Shown: positions 63,801 through 64,000 of the stretch, one piece after another
Position numbering within the stretch: position 1 is the stretch's first letter
Layout of the letters: the number at the start of each line of letters is the position of its first letter
Origin: an uncultured Bacteroidales bacterium
GTDB taxonomy: Bacteria > Bacteroidota > Bacteroidia > Bacteroidales > Bacteroidaceae
Direction: 5' to 3'
Assembly: GCA_902776985.1 (NCBI GenBank)
Contig: CACYSD010000001.1
Location: 106,758-170,757, forward strand
Length of the DNA stretch: 64,000 bases
Made by a program: the position numbers and the translations under genes
Notes under the pieces: generated by a model
Database searches by the model: none
Seen by the model: the letters and a program-made list of their open reading frames with translations, nothing else
What the model was told of the DNA's origin: nothing

Positions 63801-64000
63801 TATAATAATAGGCACTCCGTTGTCTGTAACACCTTCAAACAAAGCAATAAGGTCGTCGGCTGTCAATGTAGATGCCTTGGCACCATTTGCGTCAGTGTGA
63901 TATTGTGTACCATCGGTATCCACACACTCCTTGACACACTTGTATTTAAGCTCGTAGTAAGCTCTCTCACGTTGAGGAAGAGTACGATATATATCAATCG
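57843..64000 (-). CDS. Giant (>2,050 aa, N-terminus outside window) surface protein ending in a T9SS C-terminal sorting domain
   Basis: Reading frame is open to the window edge; ORF-track start 63923 is a GTG inside the frame. The C-terminal ~80 aa (IRIYTADGARVATFKIHTDETFEVPVSAKGVYLVNNKKLIIH) have the T9SS CTD pattern. Stop is 8 bp before the next giant gene. Confidence 0.55.
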   Translation of the reverse strand, partial: IDIYRTLPQRERAYYELKYKCVKECVDTDGTQYHTDANGAKASTLTADDLIALFEGVTDNGVPIIITNDKGEKVPNPIYWEENGVCSIYAGRLMNTIQRSDFCGVFGSRMVMKGAQDRVPEVVDYTNYTINRVREVSLNQKRSVIPADIEHKPGADPNSEEPEDYLDVSKAIHGNYFGIYNVVNYLGALTSDVHFRPNEDTRITDNSDTETYGPEKDEHGNLVGDDLTYYNWKKKHVKERKRNNGTSFNKVALASGVYLELTSEKSTGTELNEKDWGYVTGVIELDLINVQTGIGGGFVYAKNEHGRQTYTPKNHDTLTELNADAITRKNYTYSTTDLYEWQTSGNFVHGTQTIIDDCYNISGRYSGDGAVPAHYWFIKGSVYVYDRYISAYTGSPNAYSERINIPLTITASSNAHMKLLNVMPNRYAYFSQPDVPIEDGKKIVINDVSYYKNDPISYWDWYLLSKAERALFVEDTYVTIAACKVGDTDYPEGSVLLPEDYETLKASAPKKRLNGTESPLEPSAYHTELQKDVAFDYIFRSSNNVGHDTGYMLTYSMSNPRPWDTWYTKVESANHERLSPEDYNNETGYESGPTYHLKGTEGGILGQRGYNIDNVISKETYDTYQSMITSHSSDVPDGQAEFEPAYIVTEQVEYNDGGDVHHLNVGTAIPASLVPTLPAGSASPAYICLGTIQLEATEYIYVNTKMTAEQKAEYISMYQTESPLLADEIDNSIVPAYICTTAGLYGGNYYEVGKNYRGLEVWSSMSKTDRERFDFNYDAFDLLIDPLYSRDEAGNVVYAEGRKYQYDGADFTTAAQVEANGVGYSLSQYVDYSATYQGTETLNYGGKTITNGTEVSRTVFESIPNEKRFYSPISVQAAGNVYVVHTAFEIGNSPYAAGTTITANAYNSLGTSEQSNISVLTFTSEQVGKTYYYCRESYVVGEHGEGVAVTKAAVEGSTGSASYTNGQTVPLGFVIEASNYSNLTNKQMNFLIHGISPNGTGTLYVARNSDIFDLSKEKIITVIYEYNYEESDATAMHITPISERHVVNFHLQFKSGVPTVENIKSPRMVIPGDYVGLREPNVIPGAYEVTGGGWKIFEKISDAENHTNGIDYIPRVDKLYWYNDGYYVAYYAKTYLGETYSNHVPLRVANYHDLDAVMKDKAHHMYVDNPGVKRESKIYIDNRTCESDPTKSELDLLKDFFDLSVLSTTPEAGTALEGHANLDTHVHSARNLEFILRSDVSPKAYSVDGGSVTGWTPIGYDNSLEDTGKCFEGTLHGDGHTITGLDHSLFGHLCGEVYNLGVTGSYTSAGIADEGSGYLENCWINTSDNTEKNKKALFENPINTANRTVHLVNCYYPQENQYLSGSGSIEKPLHAFRNGEVTYDLNGFYLFKRYCDNNSSVNTNPYQYYTVGANKTLTLHTGYYANATGPYLFYDNADNYLGSYVESRFADGDYQYAGGEVPSDLDERYDEEHEAYHPIWPDDYFFFGQALNYNHVNGRTHQDNPTVINRSGNYLVTTDAGNRVFRAPAYYRSGNAGVAYFNPYAVFAQTMYGDESMIAYKDMTAIDFTGGNGDLAAGYKMGNVAASGKLPARFYPPLLDDGGLSAFVNVDLTKNLLVYTGVPGGTGTGQTPNASQKTANVVSAYLADGTYTETNTTYRTVDFMDPSHIRGHWVQQSGGVYTAVRDHFLVDLQDFNAPIAYNFGSGNRMWYQRYPDHFVNMNSGWESVSLPFEVELVTTDKKGELTHFYKNSTKGHEYWLREFKGNVQQKMENNQPVDGVFTADFDPLAPSNHTKNYTNTFLYDYYYSQYEFLDRNTDEFKKIYYSTDYLAARYPVDNYPYYDAGKPYIVGFPGKTFFEFDLSGTWTPDNLVNFPITIASPGKQYITFASVEGTSIGVSDNEMEGVSSGGYTFVPTYLNNPEAASVSVFALDNDGGSFENTTAGAASLTAFRPYIKAPSSTKARKIILNKSSGEIDLEPTGEDIDDGSLIVYSENDKIVVKSTLRRTMPIRIYTADGARVATFKIHTDETFEVPVSAKGVYLVNNKKLIIH

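Overview
This window reads as a Bacteroidota chromosome segment. A Prevotella-like organism is likely, given roughly 48-50% GC, T9SS-type C-terminal sorting domains and Bacteroidetes-style small lipoprotein signals. The gene content, left to right:

- **1-3.9 kb:** the tail of a secreted GH10-like hydrolase, followed by two GH43 glycoside hydrolases (a xylan/arabinan degradation cluster).
- **3.9-11.8 kb:** housekeeping genes (rpe-comEC, nrnA-like DHH phosphoesterase, hemW, a purF-like amidotransferase).
- **12-23 kb:** peptidoglycan-recycling enzymes (LD-carboxypeptidase, VanX-like dipeptidase), transporters, an outer-membrane repeat protein, a patatin/Omp85-type (type Vd-like) phospholipase, a GH43-like protein, fmt and an ECF sigma factor.
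- **23.8-36 kb:** prfC, rfbD, a LysE exporter, asparaginase, ROK kinase, an NfeD-flotillin pair, tsaC, a ClC channel and an MNT/HepT toxin-antitoxin pair.
- **36-38 kb:** a T9SS cargo protein plus a small peptide gene.
- **39-46 kb:** an L-rhamnose-type catabolic operon (rhamnulokinase, AraA/FucI-family isomerase, MFS transporter, rhamnulose-1-phosphate aldolase).
- **46-50 kb:** a GH2 hydrolase and an HI0933-type flavoprotein.
- **49.8-64 kb:** two tandem giant genes on the minus strand (2,664 aa and more than 2,050 aa), the upstream one ending in a T9SS sorting domain.

The most unusual content is non-coding. There are three families of short structured repeats that gene annotation does not explain:

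1. Three arrays of a strictly 10-bp phased tandem repeat with a CCTAGG core (13-20 copies each), filling intergenic spacers of the rhamnose operon. These spacers also carry inserted small genes: a four-helix-bundle (Avd/IVS-like) gene and a DUF559 endonuclease-like gene.
2. Six copies of a roughly 40-bp GC-rich hairpin element with a canonical G-quadruplex motif (GGGAGGGGnAAGGGGGAGGG). Three of these sit in-frame in the 5' coding ends of prfC, tsaC and the MFS transporter gene.
3. Two copies of a composite element about 27 kb apart (11.85-12.1 kb and 38.78-39.04 kb). Each consists of an array of 22-bp-spaced GTTTCA-N6-TGAAAC hairpin units (iteron-like) plus a roughly 118-bp segment. The 118-bp segments are in inverted orientation and bracket the whole housekeeping block.

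There are no rRNA genes, CRISPR arrays or transposases, and I could not see a tRNA by eye.
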